From the NCBI GenBank assembly GCA_048939995.1, contig JBHLOY010000002.1:192001-256000 (forward strand): 64,000 nt of DNA, given 5' to 3'. The translations under genes were made by a program, and so were the position numbers. The notes under the pieces are model-generated. The model was not told where the DNA came from and ran no database searches. It worked only from the letters and a program-made list of their open reading frames with translations. The first letter of the stretch is position 1. The number at the start of each line of letters is the position of its first letter. Of the stretch, positions 1-10,213 are shown piece after piece. Origin of the DNA: Promethearchaeota archaeon. GTDB taxonomy: Archaea > Asgardarchaeota > Lokiarchaeia > Sigyniarchaeales > SOKP01.

Positions 1-177
1 GGAATCTTAAAAAATCAATCTATATTTCTTCATTCAAAAATTACTATAATAATTTACTAATGACATCTACTCTGATTTATAGAAAATCACGAGAAATATC
101 TTATAGTATTTAAAACTGTTATATGTGTTTTTAAACCAATCCTAGAAATAATTATAATCCGAAATACTACCCTTACT

Positions 178-558
178 TCAAAGAGGCTTTTCTAGCTCAT
201 ATACTTCTGGAGTTTCAAACAGAACCACATCATGCTTGAAATAGGGATTGATTCTTCCTGATAGCTTTTTTGGAATTCTAATGTATCGAACACCAATCCC
301 ACGGAGGTCTACAAGTTCTCTTCTTTTTAATATGATTATAGATTCTTCTGTATAATATTCTCCTCCATTACTATTTATGTACGAGCTTAGTTCGCTAAGG
401 ATTTTTTTACAACCCTCCTTCTCGAGTAAATTCTTTCCATCTGGAGATGTTGTTTTAAGTAATATATAATTTGTCTCTTCATCTTGTCTTCTTTTTAACA
501 TGGTTTGTCCCTCAAGATTCTTGTATAAAATTTTTGACTTTAAAGTAATATAATTCAT
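178..558 (-). CDS. hypothetical protein
   Basis: 126-aa ORF, no recognised motif. Confidence 0.55.
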   Translation of the reverse strand: MNYITLKSKILYKNLEGQTMLKRRQDEETNYILLKTTSPDGKNLLEKEGCKKILSELSSYINSNGGEYYTEESIIILKRRELVDLRGIGVRYIRIPKKLSGRINPYFKHDVVLFETPEVYELEKPL

Positions 559-681
559 TTATTATTTTAAGTTATTGTTTTAAATTTAGGATTAAAAGAT
601 AATACTTCTAATTCGTATAATTTTTTTGCTTTACTTTATTTTTATATTCATTAATTACTTATTTTAATTGGGAATAGAAGT

Positions 682-1197
682 TTGAGAGAAGATTTAAGTG
701 ATTTTTCCCGAGAACAATTACTAGATTATATTGAGCATCTTTCTAAGATGTGGTTAGCGATCGATGGCACATGGTTTCAAGCTATTGAAAAAGAATACGG
801 CCTTGATAAAGCAATAGATATTGACGTTAAACAATGGAAAAGATTCACTATAATTGAAGCTAAAAGAATAATGGACTTACTTAGACTTCCTGAAAAAGGT
901 GGAATTCCTGCTTTAATTCAGGCACTCAAATTTAGGGTATATGCAAATATTAATGTACAAGAAATTATAGAAATATCAGAAAATCGATGCGTATTTCGAA
1001 TGAATAACTGTCGAGTTCAATATGCTAGAAAGAGTAGAAATCTTCCAGACTTTCCTTGTAAACCAGTTGGATTAGTAGAGTATGGTGATTTTGCAAAGAC
1101 TATAGACTCTCGAATTGAGACAAATTGTATTTCTTGTCCCCCAGATTCACATCCCGAAGAATATTACTGTGCTTGGGAATTTGTATTGGAAGAATAG
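682..1197 (+). CDS. DUF6125 family protein
   Basis: WLAIDGTWF...EA.R, CRVQ..R, FPCK, C..CPPD...CAWEF pattern; TTG start. Confidence 0.75.
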   Translation: MREDLSDFSREQLLDYIEHLSKMWLAIDGTWFQAIEKEYGLDKAIDIDVKQWKRFTIIEAKRIMDLLRLPEKGGIPALIQALKFRVYANINVQEIIEISENRCVFRMNNCRVQYARKSRNLPDFPCKPVGLVEYGDFAKTIDSRIETNCISCPPDSHPEEYYCAWEFVLEE

Positions 1198-1298
1198 CTA
1201 TTTTTTCTAATATAAGTTCATTGGAAATATCTAAATATATAGTATAAATTTAATTTGAATAACAATTTAAAGTAAATCAAAAATTAAGTGAAGTAACT

Positions 1299-2321
1299 AT
1301 GTTTGATAAATCCAATTGCGAAAATTGTGAAAAAATTGATTGTTTAACCCGCTGCCAATGGATAGAGTTTGCTAATGTAGAAGAAGCACGAGAAGAAAAG
1401 AATAAATTAATTAATGGAGAAAATTCTCGAGTATTATCAGAATGTGTGACTTGTTTTGCATGTGATGAATATTGTCCCTACAATTCTCATCCCTTTGATT
1501 TAATTACAGAACTACAAGAAAAATATAATTCTTTAGATATTAATCCAACAATTTTAGAAAATACCATTAAGCAATTTGCTCCCCATGAACAACTTCGATT
1601 AAAAGAAATTGATTCGAATAAATCAGTATTAAATAAATGTGGATTTGGAAAATTAAATGCTCAAAATATGGAAGGGAAGCTATTTGAAAATCTACAATAT
1701 GTAAGTGGGCTTGATTTTTTTTGTAATTTAATGTACCATCATTATGCTAAAGATTCCATGATTAAACAAAGAGCTCCAATAATCTTAAGTAATATTGAAA
1801 AGCAAGGTATTAAGGAGCTGATCTGTTACCATGATGAATGTTATGGCTTTTATGCTTCATATTGCCCCCGTAATAATATAACCTTACCAAAAGATTTCAA
1901 GGCTACTCATATTTATGAATATCTTTATAACTATTTGAAAGAACATAAGTCTGAGATAAATAAACTTAATATGAAAATCGCTTATCAGAGATCTTGTTCG
2001 AATCGATTTATCCCTGAGGTAGATGAATGGGCAGATAAGATTTTTGAATTAATAGGAGTTGAAAGAGTATCCAGAAAATATGATCGTGAGAACGCGATGT
2101 GTTGCGCTGGGATATTTGCAACTCTCGGTAAAAAACCCTTAATGCGCAAAGCTCAGAGTGAAAACATCGAAGATATGATAGAATATGGTGCTAAAGCATG
2201 TGTATATAATTGTCCTATGTGCAAAGAATCTCTTGGATCGAAAGCAGAAAGAAAAGGCTTAAAAAATTACTTATTAAGTGATTTATGTCGATTAGCATTA
2301 GGAGAAGAAATCACTTATTAA
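1299..2321 (+). CDS. Fe-S binding oxidoreductase, CCG-domain (HdrD/GlcF-like)
   Basis: CxxCxxxxC, CVTCFACDEYCP ferredoxin motif, MCCAG and CPMC CCG motifs. Confidence 0.8.
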   Translation: MFDKSNCENCEKIDCLTRCQWIEFANVEEAREEKNKLINGENSRVLSECVTCFACDEYCPYNSHPFDLITELQEKYNSLDINPTILENTIKQFAPHEQLRLKEIDSNKSVLNKCGFGKLNAQNMEGKLFENLQYVSGLDFFCNLMYHHYAKDSMIKQRAPIILSNIEKQGIKELICYHDECYGFYASYCPRNNITLPKDFKATHIYEYLYNYLKEHKSEINKLNMKIAYQRSCSNRFIPEVDEWADKIFELIGVERVSRKYDRENAMCCAGIFATLGKKPLMRKAQSENIEDMIEYGAKACVYNCPMCKESLGSKAERKGLKNYLLSDLCRLALGEEITY

Positions 2322-2445
2322 AATCATACAAACTCGGAAAAAATAGGGAAAAAATTAGGTAATCTTAAACAATAAAAAAAATTTTTATCTTAGAAAACAT
2401 AAAACAACCTAATAGTAAAATGAAAATTTATTTGGGAAATGTGTT

Positions 2446-2862
2446 ATGTCTGAAGAAGAAATTAGGACAAAAATTAGCGATTTAAAGGATGATATAACTC
2501 GTATCGAGGAAGACGCGACTAAAAAGGAAGCAAACGCGGAGAAAGAGATTGAAGAAGATTGGGATCATAAAATAAATGATACTAAGTCAAACCTAGAAAC
2601 TGCTGAAACGGACCTAAAAGAAGCGGTTGAAAAGTCAAACGAATGGTTTTCCAAGAAAAATAGGTTAACTGTGGAGGTTAAAGCGTATAAAAAGGAATAT
2701 GCTAACTTAATAAAAGGGAAAGATAAAGCTCTTAAAGATAAATTAACAAATATTGAAAAAGAAAAGAAAACCAAGATCAAAACAAAAGAGAAGGAAATTA
2801 GTACATTAGAGAAACAATTAGAAAAGCTAGAAAATGAAAAATTAAAGCAGAATTTAAGCTAA
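2446..2862 (+). CDS. coiled-coil hypothetical protein
   Basis: K/E-rich heptad pattern, 138 aa. Confidence 0.7.
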   Translation: MSEEEIRTKISDLKDDITRIEEDATKKEANAEKEIEEDWDHKINDTKSNLETAETDLKEAVEKSNEWFSKKNRLTVEVKAYKKEYANLIKGKDKALKDKLTNIEKEKKTKIKTKEKEISTLEKQLEKLENEKLKQNLS

Positions 2863-2912
2863 TCCCTTGATTTTTTATTAAAATTTTATTTTATAATTAC
2901 TATTTTTGAATA

Positions 2913-3467
2913 ATGATACTACTCATTGGTTTTGAAAAATTTGGTCAATATAGTCAAAATCCTAGTGAACAAATTGTAAGATCTTTTCCCGATAAGATTC
3001 AAAATCAAGTTTTTATAAAAAAAATTCTGCCAGTTAGTTGGAAAAGATGTATCACAATTTATAGAGACCTTATTAGAACAAGGAAATGCTCTTTGGTAAT
3101 ATTAACTGGAGTTTATACTGGTAAAACCATTTTAATTGAGAAATTTGGGTGGAATCTCGCGTTTGGATTGGATAATTATCATCAATTTAAATTAGGATTT
3201 ATTCGACTACCTAAACCAATTAGATTAAAATCAATTATAAACTTGGTAGATTTATTTAATCACCTCCCAGATCAGAATAATATTTTAATTTCAAGTTATG
3301 CAGGAAGCTATTTGTGTAATTTCTTATACTATTGGGCTTTATTCTTAGCACAAAAAAATTATCCAGTAATTTTCATTCACATACCAGCCAAATCTAATCT
3401 CGAAATTATAAAAGAAAGGATTTCTCAAATAATTGAGGCTCTAATTAATATCTTATTTATAAATTAA
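2913..3467 (+). CDS. pcp: pyroglutamyl-peptidase I (peptidase C15)
   Basis: GFEKFG..NPSE, AGSYLCN (catalytic Cys), FIHIP (catalytic His). Confidence 0.85.
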   Translation: MILLIGFEKFGQYSQNPSEQIVRSFPDKIQNQVFIKKILPVSWKRCITIYRDLIRTRKCSLVILTGVYTGKTILIEKFGWNLAFGLDNYHQFKLGFIRLPKPIRLKSIINLVDLFNHLPDQNNILISSYAGSYLCNFLYYWALFLAQKNYPVIFIHIPAKSNLEIIKERISQIIEALINILFIN

Positions 3468-3657
3468 GTGGCAATTTTTGCCCTTTTTCATTTAAAAAAT
3501 CTTTTGAGATGTCTTTTTGGATCTTTAACTCATCATATAACCAACTTAATAGTCGCAATTTAGCATTATAAAGTTCAATTTCCTCCTCAAACAATTCCAT
3601 GTTTAGTTCCCAAATCTGTATTGATATTGGATGATCTAAATTGCTTAGAAAATACAT
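3457..3657 (-). CDS. small hypothetical protein
   Basis: 66-aa ORF directly downstream of the same-strand gene at 3682-4638. Confidence 0.4.
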   Translation of the reverse strand: MYFLSNLDHPISIQIWELNMELFEEEIELYNAKLRLLSWLYDELKIQKDISKDFLNEKGQKLPLNL

Positions 3658-3681
3658 ATTTATTATTATAATATAAGGATA

Positions 3682-4638
3682 TTATTCACTTGTTCTATCT
3701 TTCAATTCCTTTAATTCGGGTATGGTGAAACGTGGAAGATTATATGTTGAGAATCTTTTATAGATCTGCTTTTTTTTACGTGATAGAAGCGTTTCATAGA
3801 GGTAAATAGGAATTGCAAGAAGCCCAGTTACGATAATTGGCAGGAAAAGCACAATTAATGGAGTCAAAATTGCTGGGTCAAAAAGTACTGGTGAGTTTAT
3901 AATTATCTCAAAAGTTAAAATTATCTGACGGATATAAGCAAATATTGTCGCAAGACCAGTATATGTCTCTAACACTTTAAAATATGAGAGATGTACACCC
4001 TCAATTACAGGAGTTCGACGTTGATCTGGAAAGGTTCTATATATCATCAACCCACTATCTTCTAAAAGCCAAATCGGCAGGAAAATAAGTGAGCAAAAAG
4101 ATGCGACAAAAAAAGTCATAAAAAATGTAGCCTCAGCAGTATAGAGTGGTAAGAGATCTGGATCATAAGTTGATGGTAAGACCATTCTAAACATTTGAGG
4201 AGGGACATTGAAAATTGATCTATATATTTGCATAATAATTATTGCTGTACTAAAGGTGAAAAGACTTAAAATTAATGCTCGATATAGAATTCGGCTAGAT
4301 TTGATATCGTTCTTCAAATCCAAAAATCCATATTCAGGTTTTTTCCTCAATATGAAAGATATCTTGTTTATTTTAAATAAAAGTTGGAGCAAATAAGGAG
4401 AAATAAAGTAAAAGATAAAATAGCACAATATAGGGAAAACGTAGAAAAGGATAATATCTGTATATATTGGACCAGGGAGTAGAGGAAGAAACCAACGTAT
4501 ATATTCAATTGGGATTAAATCTAAACTTGGATTATTAAAAGTTAGAATTCCTAAAATTAGAAAAGATACAAATACAATTAAAGAGAATAAAAAGCATATA
4601 AAAATAGGTAAATACTTCTTTTCCAAATATCTCACCAT
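3682..4638 (-). CDS. polytopic membrane protein of unknown function
   Basis: About 6 hydrophobic segments; WLLEDSGL motif. Confidence 0.75.
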   Translation of the reverse strand: MVRYLEKKYLPIFICFLFSLIVFVSFLILGILTFNNPSLDLIPIEYIRWFLPLLPGPIYTDIILFYVFPILCYFIFYFISPYLLQLLFKINKISFILRKKPEYGFLDLKNDIKSSRILYRALILSLFTFSTAIIIMQIYRSIFNVPPQMFRMVLPSTYDPDLLPLYTAEATFFMTFFVASFCSLIFLPIWLLEDSGLMIYRTFPDQRRTPVIEGVHLSYFKVLETYTGLATIFAYIRQIILTFEIIINSPVLFDPAILTPLIVLFLPIIVTGLLAIPIYLYETLLSRKKKQIYKRFSTYNLPRFTIPELKELKDRTSE

Positions 4639-4659
4639 TTAATTTAAATTTTTTTTTAT

Positions 4660-5076
4660 TTAATTTATTTTGAACTGATCTTTAATTTTATCAAGGTTAT
4701 AAGCGATATTCTCAATTGGTTCACCATCAATAACCATATCTATCTTCTCGATTAATTCTTTTGGAAATATTTCTACTTCTAAAATTTCATCCCTAAATTC
4801 TTTAAAATGATCTGTTACTACATAATCACTCGTGCTTCTTTTTGCATTAAACTCATTCATAACCAATTTTTCAAAAACATCAAGCACGTGGTTCATAATT
4901 TGACTTTCTAGTTGAATTACTTCTTGTTTAACATCATCAATCATATGGCCATATTTTTTATTGACTTCTGCCAAAGCCGCTTGTCGTTCTTCTTCAATTT
5001 TATCGATCTTCGGTTTAAGCTGGTGTTTTTTTCTTTCTAATTCTTCAAGTTTAGATTTGATATCTTTTACTGCCAT
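4660..5076 (-). CDS. coiled-coil hypothetical protein
   Basis: 138-aa ORF with N-terminal coiled coil. Confidence 0.7.
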   Translation of the reverse strand: MAVKDIKSKLEELERKKHQLKPKIDKIEEERQAALAEVNKKYGHMIDDVKQEVIQLESQIMNHVLDVFEKLVMNEFNAKRSTSDYVVTDHFKEFRDEILEVEIFPKELIEKIDMVIDGEPIENIAYNLDKIKDQFKIN

Positions 5077-5168
5077 AATTAATCTTCAAAATTTATTAAT
5101 TACCATTTTAAACTTAAAACTTACTTAAAAGTTTATTTGTAAAAATTAGATCAAAAATTTTTAATAAC

Positions 5169-6086
5169 TCATGATCTTTTTTTGTCTAAAAAATTTAAGA
5201 TTCCATTTATCGAATTTCTAATAAAAATCAATTCAAAGTCTTGACTCTTGTAGTCTAGTAACTTGATATTTGCAAAAAGCTTATCTATTTTTTCTAATTC
5301 TGAAATTATAATGTTATAAAACTTGGAATCATCCCGCAGGTGATTAAATTTCCCTATTACATCCACCCATATTGAAAGTTGATTTTTTGCTGTCTGTAAC
5401 ATTTTTTCAGCATTCTCTCTTTTTCCATAATGCGGATAACAGATTAAATAGTTCTTTAAATTTTCATTTAATAATTTTTGAATTGAAACCTTCCAGGAAT
5501 CATAATCAAAAGTCGGTGGTGTTGCTGGACGAAGATAGAACTTTCCTGCTAATTCTTTATGAGTTCCACCAATTTCACCTGCAAATAAAATGTTATTAAA
5601 TAAATATGACTGATGATGGGAAGCATGTCCTAAAGTTTCAATAATTTTGATGTTTTTCTCACCAACGTCAGGAAGGGTCACAAACCTTTCCTCTGGGATT
5701 GGAATTATATCTTCATAAATTTTAGCCATTTCACCTAATGTTTTAACACTAAGAGCCAATAATCTTTCAGGGTTTACTAGATGCTTGATTCCTCTCGGAT
5801 GACAAACAATTTTAGCAACAGGAAAATAGGATACTAATTTTCCCGTCCCCCCTGCATGATCCATATGTATATGGGTTAATATTATATACTTTAAGTCATT
5901 TTTTCCAATTTTTAAAGTATCTAGAGCTATTTTTAATGAATCTATTAATACAGAAGGACCTGGATCTACAAGAAAACTAAATGTGACATCTTTATAAATC
6001 CAAGTGCTAAGAAAGTTCTTGATCCCTAATTTTTCTAAATCTAAACGAACTTCATATAGATTATTAGTGATTTTAAAGATTTTCAT
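5169..6086 (-). CDS. metallo-beta-lactamase fold hydrolase
   Basis: VDPGP, THIHMDHAGG, GHASHH motifs. Confidence 0.9.
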   Translation of the reverse strand: MKIFKITNNLYEVRLDLEKLGIKNFLSTWIYKDVTFSFLVDPGPSVLIDSLKIALDTLKIGKNDLKYIILTHIHMDHAGGTGKLVSYFPVAKIVCHPRGIKHLVNPERLLALSVKTLGEMAKIYEDIIPIPEERFVTLPDVGEKNIKIIETLGHASHHQSYLFNNILFAGEIGGTHKELAGKFYLRPATPPTFDYDSWKVSIQKLLNENLKNYLICYPHYGKRENAEKMLQTAKNQLSIWVDVIGKFNHLRDDSKFYNIIISELEKIDKLFANIKLLDYKSQDFELIFIRNSINGILNFLDKKRS

Positions 6087-6104
6087 GAATAAGAGCAGCT
6101 TTAT

Positions 6105-7136
6105 TTATTTTAAGAGCGAAAAATTTGTGCGGATAGATTTTTCAGCATCTTTAATTATTATTTCGATTAAATCATTTACATCCTCAATAGAATCAATAAT
6201 TCCAATTGATTGACCTAATAATACTGCTCCTGTATCTATATCGCCATTATACACTCTGTCGTAAGCTCCTAGATCCTTTGCTACTTGTTCAGGTGTGATA
6301 GATTGCTCATAAGCAATCATTGCTTCTTTACTAGTTGGAGCTGGGTGTTCTAATGCATATTTATTTTTATATAATCGAATCGGTCCAAAAGCTCCTGTAA
6401 AAAGATCAGTATCCTGGGGGGTTCCAGGGGGTATTAAAGCTTTATATTTAGGATGGAACTCACTTTGTTTACTGGCTATAAATCTAGAACCCATTGCTAT
6501 TGCTCCTGCCCCGAGAGACAAAGCAGCAGCTAAAGCTTGTCCGGTAGCGAAACCACCACAAGCTATTTTAGGTAGATCTGGAAAATATTTGGTAACTTGT
6601 TGTAGTAAAACCAAAGTGGATACTTTTTCATAGGATTGATGTCCTCCTCCTTCAGTGCCAGTAACTACGATGCCATCTACTCCTGAATCAACACATTTCT
6701 TTGCTAACCATACGGCAGGGGCAACATGGAAATGTTTAACTTCAGATTTCTCTCTCAGGTCTTTAAAAGATTTTGACTCAGGAAGTAATTTAGAAGAACC
6801 TGCTGATGTTAACCAATACAAGCATTGTTCTCTCATTTTAGGGTTATTCATAACAATTTTTGGTAAATCGCTTATCATTTCAACAACACCTCTATTATTC
6901 CGAGAAGTCAAAATATTAAGCCCAAATGGTTTATCAGTGTGTTCTATCATATATTCTAAACTTTGCTTATGTTCTTTTACAGGGTCTGTTCCTACTATGT
7001 TCACATTGGATAATACTCCCAAACCTCCCGCTTCGCTTACTGCTAAAGCTAATTCTCGTGTAAAGAAAGGACCCATTGGAGCACTAAAGATAGGATGTTT
7101 TAACCCAAACATTTTGGTGATATTGGTTTCAATCAT
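6105..7136 (-). CDS. nitronate monooxygenase / FabK-like FMN-dependent enoyl reductase
   Basis: PIFSAPM, AVSEAGGLG, EGGGH, ACGG, MGSRF, GQSIG. Confidence 0.9.
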   Translation of the reverse strand: MIETNITKMFGLKHPIFSAPMGPFFTRELALAVSEAGGLGVLSNVNIVGTDPVKEHKQSLEYMIEHTDKPFGLNILTSRNNRGVVEMISDLPKIVMNNPKMREQCLYWLTSAGSSKLLPESKSFKDLREKSEVKHFHVAPAVWLAKKCVDSGVDGIVVTGTEGGGHQSYEKVSTLVLLQQVTKYFPDLPKIACGGFATGQALAAALSLGAGAIAMGSRFIASKQSEFHPKYKALIPPGTPQDTDLFTGAFGPIRLYKNKYALEHPAPTSKEAMIAYEQSITPEQVAKDLGAYDRVYNGDIDTGAVLLGQSIGIIDSIEDVNDLIEIIIKDAEKSIRTNFSLLK

Positions 7137-7267
7137 GATCCATTCACATTTAATTATACAATCTTAAAAGTTTAATATCTTATACTTATTAAAAATGATT
7201 TTTGAATATTTTTAAAATCAATTTAGTAAATTAATATTAAAAAAAAGTAGAATTTGAAAGGTATGGT

Positions 7268-8440
7268 TTAAACCATATTAATGAACTTACCTGATTTAAA
7301 CAAATCGCAAGGCGTGAGATAAGGTTTCCCTAACTTTTTGGATGTTTTTTCTAATATTTCTGTTAATTCTTTGAAGTTGTTTACTGCATTAGCCATAGGT
7401 CCGGGAAAGTTCATTCCTGCTAATATAGCCTCATCAATTACTTTCCAACTTTTAACAATTCCTTCTTCTAATATTCTACAACCTTCATTAGCATTAATTG
7501 CTTCAAAAATTCGATGATCGACTAACCCAGCTTTTTTGGACAAGTCAGGTTGAGGCCGACCCTTTGACCAATCATAAAAACCTTTACCTGTTTTTTTACC
7601 CAGTAAACCCTCATTATATTGCATAGTTAGTACTTTACCAGGTTGAAAATCAGGAGAAAGTTTCTCAGCATAATACAATCCGGCATGATATGCAATATCC
7701 CTTCCAGTAAAATCTGCTAATGTTAATCTAGACATTGGTGTGTTTGGAGATGATAAATCCGCATCGACCTGTTCCCAAGGTATTCCTTTTTCATATGCCA
7801 AATCAATAATGTAATTAGAATATATATTAGCCGGCGCAAGTACTCTATTTACAATAAACCCAGGACGATCCTTCAATACACAGGCCACAAATCTATCCCC
7901 TCTAAGGCAAGGTAAGTTTTTAGAAACCTCAATTCCAATATCCATCGTCTCTTCTGAAGATTTATCTCCTTTTATCACCTCGATCAATCGCATTAAAGGT
8001 GCAGGATTGAAAAAATGCATTCCTATTACATTTTCAGGCTTATCACATTTTTTAGCAATTTCTGTGATACTAATTGAGGATGTATTAGAAGCAAAAATAC
8101 AATGATCGGGAGAATTTTTAATAACATCCTTACATAAGTTTTGTTTAATATCCAGTTTCTCGACAACAGCTTCAATTACTAAGTCTGCATCTTTTACAGC
8201 TTTGATTAATTCTTTTTCTACTTTTAATTTTTTCATTAAATCTGTTGCTGTTAAACCTCTAGGCAATTTCCCTTTAGTTTCTAACTTCTCTAAACCAATT
8301 CTATTGTATTCTAAGCCTTGTTCAATTACTTCGTCAATTATATCAACTGCTATTACGTTATAACCTCCCAGTAAGCAAACTTGGGAAATACCTTTTCCCA
8401 TATCCCCAAAACCAAGCATCACAACATTTTTTACACTCAA
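7268..8440 (-). CDS. 3-hydroxyacyl-CoA dehydrogenase
   Basis: GFGDMGKG Rossmann motif, EAVVE, ASNTSS, GMHFFNP, PGFIVNR, GKKTGKGFY. Confidence 0.92.
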   Translation of the reverse strand: MSVKNVVMLGFGDMGKGISQVCLLGGYNVIAVDIIDEVIEQGLEYNRIGLEKLETKGKLPRGLTATDLMKKLKVEKELIKAVKDADLVIEAVVEKLDIKQNLCKDVIKNSPDHCIFASNTSSISITEIAKKCDKPENVIGMHFFNPAPLMRLIEVIKGDKSSEETMDIGIEVSKNLPCLRGDRFVACVLKDRPGFIVNRVLAPANIYSNYIIDLAYEKGIPWEQVDADLSSPNTPMSRLTLADFTGRDIAYHAGLYYAEKLSPDFQPGKVLTMQYNEGLLGKKTGKGFYDWSKGRPQPDLSKKAGLVDHRIFEAINANEGCRILEEGIVKSWKVIDEAILAGMNFPGPMANAVNNFKELTEILEKTSKKLGKPYLTPCDLFKSGKFINMV

Positions 8441-8595
8441 TTTTTTTCACGTTTATCATAATAAAAATAATGTGTAATATTGGAGAATAGATGTTAAAAA
8501 TCTTTTTAAAAAACTTTTCAAATTAGCAAGAAGTTGGTTAACTGGTTAATCTTTAAACGTAAGAAATAAAAATTATAACTAATATTAAATCTCAA

Positions 8596-9498
8596 ATGCC
8601 ATATAACAAAGTACCTGAACCAGTTGAAGGATTAAAATTCATTGATACTCATTGTCATCTTCCATTTCCCCGGTCTAAAAAGAGTGATAGGTTGCCATCA
8701 GATGAGCAACAATATCTTGATTATTTCAAAATGGGAGGATTATATCTAATAACTAGTTCAATAGATAATATTACACTTAATTTAATTCTAGATTTTGTTA
8801 AGGATAAAATGAATATAGGATTTACATGCGGTTGGGCACCTCAAACAGTTACCTACACTTCAAAAGCAAAATATGAGAACGAATGGAATAAATGGACTGA
8901 ATTTGTAAAGAAAAATCAAGAAAGATATATTGCTATAGGAGAAATTGGCTTAGATTTCCACCATGCACGAGAATTAGCAAAAAGAGAGGAACAGGTCAGA
9001 GAATTAAGAAAAATTTTCGAATTAACTGAATCATTTGAAAAGCCTTACGTCCTTCACGTTAGAAATGCTGCGGAACATGAATATGATAGAGAACATCCTA
9101 AACATAGGTATAATAAAAAAGATGGGGCTACTAAAGAAATCTTAAATATTATTAGAGAATTTAAATTGAATCCAAAGAAGATTCTTTGGCATTGCTTTTC
9201 TGGTCCGGATGAGTATGGAACTTTATTAGCTAAACAAGGATATACATTATCAGTTCCAAGCTCTGCTTATAGTAGCAAAAGATGGAGATGTGTGACTCAA
9301 AATGCTCCTTTAGAAGCTTTAGTAACTGAAACAGACAGTTATTTTCAACACCCTTATCTTAGGGGTCCTGTAAATGTCCCGTCGAATGCAAGATATTCTA
9401 TAGCTGCCATTGCTCATTCTCATAATGTATCGCAAAATTTAGTCAGTGAAATAACTATTTCAAATGCAAAAAGTTTTTTCACTATAGAATTTGGTTAA
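8596..9498 (+). CDS. tatD: TatD family nuclease/hydrolase
   Basis: DTHCH, GEIGLD, LHVR, WHCFSG, ETD motifs. Confidence 0.9.
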   Translation: MPYNKVPEPVEGLKFIDTHCHLPFPRSKKSDRLPSDEQQYLDYFKMGGLYLITSSIDNITLNLILDFVKDKMNIGFTCGWAPQTVTYTSKAKYENEWNKWTEFVKKNQERYIAIGEIGLDFHHARELAKREEQVRELRKIFELTESFEKPYVLHVRNAAEHEYDREHPKHRYNKKDGATKEILNIIREFKLNPKKILWHCFSGPDEYGTLLAKQGYTLSVPSSAYSSKRWRCVTQNAPLEALVTETDSYFQHPYLRGPVNVPSNARYSIAAIAHSHNVSQNLVSEITISNAKSFFTIEFG

Positions 9499-9585
9499 AA
9501 ACGCCTATTTTAGATAATTTAAAAACACAGCACAAAATTTGTCTGGATTTAATTATATTTCAAGATAAAAACATAATTGAGAAAT

Positions 9586-10099
9586 ATGAAAATTTGATTA
9601 CATATTCTAGTCAATCAGGAAATACAGAAAAAATAGCTAAAGCAATAAAGGATGGATTGCATAATCAAGATATTGAACTTAAAACTATTAATGAGACAAA
9701 CCCCAATGGGTTTATAAACTACAATTTAGTGTTTCTTGGTTCTGGAGTTTATGCAAGCAGAGAATATACCTCAGTTTTTAACTTGATGAAAAGAATCTCA
9801 AGATTCCCCCCCATTTTATCTATTTTTGTACCAACGCTAGTCCAAGATTTTATCAAACTCCATTTGAAAAAGTAACAAAAATTCTGGAAAAAAATGATTG
9901 TAACATTATAGGAGAATTTGATTGTATAGGGGAAAATAAAGTTATGTCTTTAGAAACAAGAATGGAGATGATAAAAAGGTTACCAACAGAAGAACAAGAA
10001 AAAGCATTGAAAGATATAAAATTAGCAGAAGGTCGACCCAATCAAATTGATACTGAGAATGCGAAAAAGTTTGCGGTATCAATATTAGACAGTTTTTAA
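9586..10099 (+). pseudogene. flavodoxin family gene with two frameshifts
   Basis: ATG at 9586 (MKI, frameshift, ITYSSQSGNTEKIA...LGSGVY); second shift at the C7 run near 9805-9812 continues FIYFCTNAS...GEFDCIG...GRPNQ..TENAKKFA to TAA 10099. Both shifts are in homopolymers, so sequencing error is possible. Confidence 0.75.
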
Positions 10100-10213
10100 T
10101 GAAAGATTATGATTTCCGTTATTAAATGATTATTTTTAAAATTTTTCATAATAATTAGACTAAATTTTATTTAAATATTAAGTAACAATTGATTTCCATA
10201 ATATAACCATAAA

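Noticed and set aside
6655-7167. Antisense and nested ORFs in the track (also 10657, 15811, 19073, 28193, 43738, 54768, 60156 and others)
   Set aside because: Shadows of well-supported genes with no recognisable motifs
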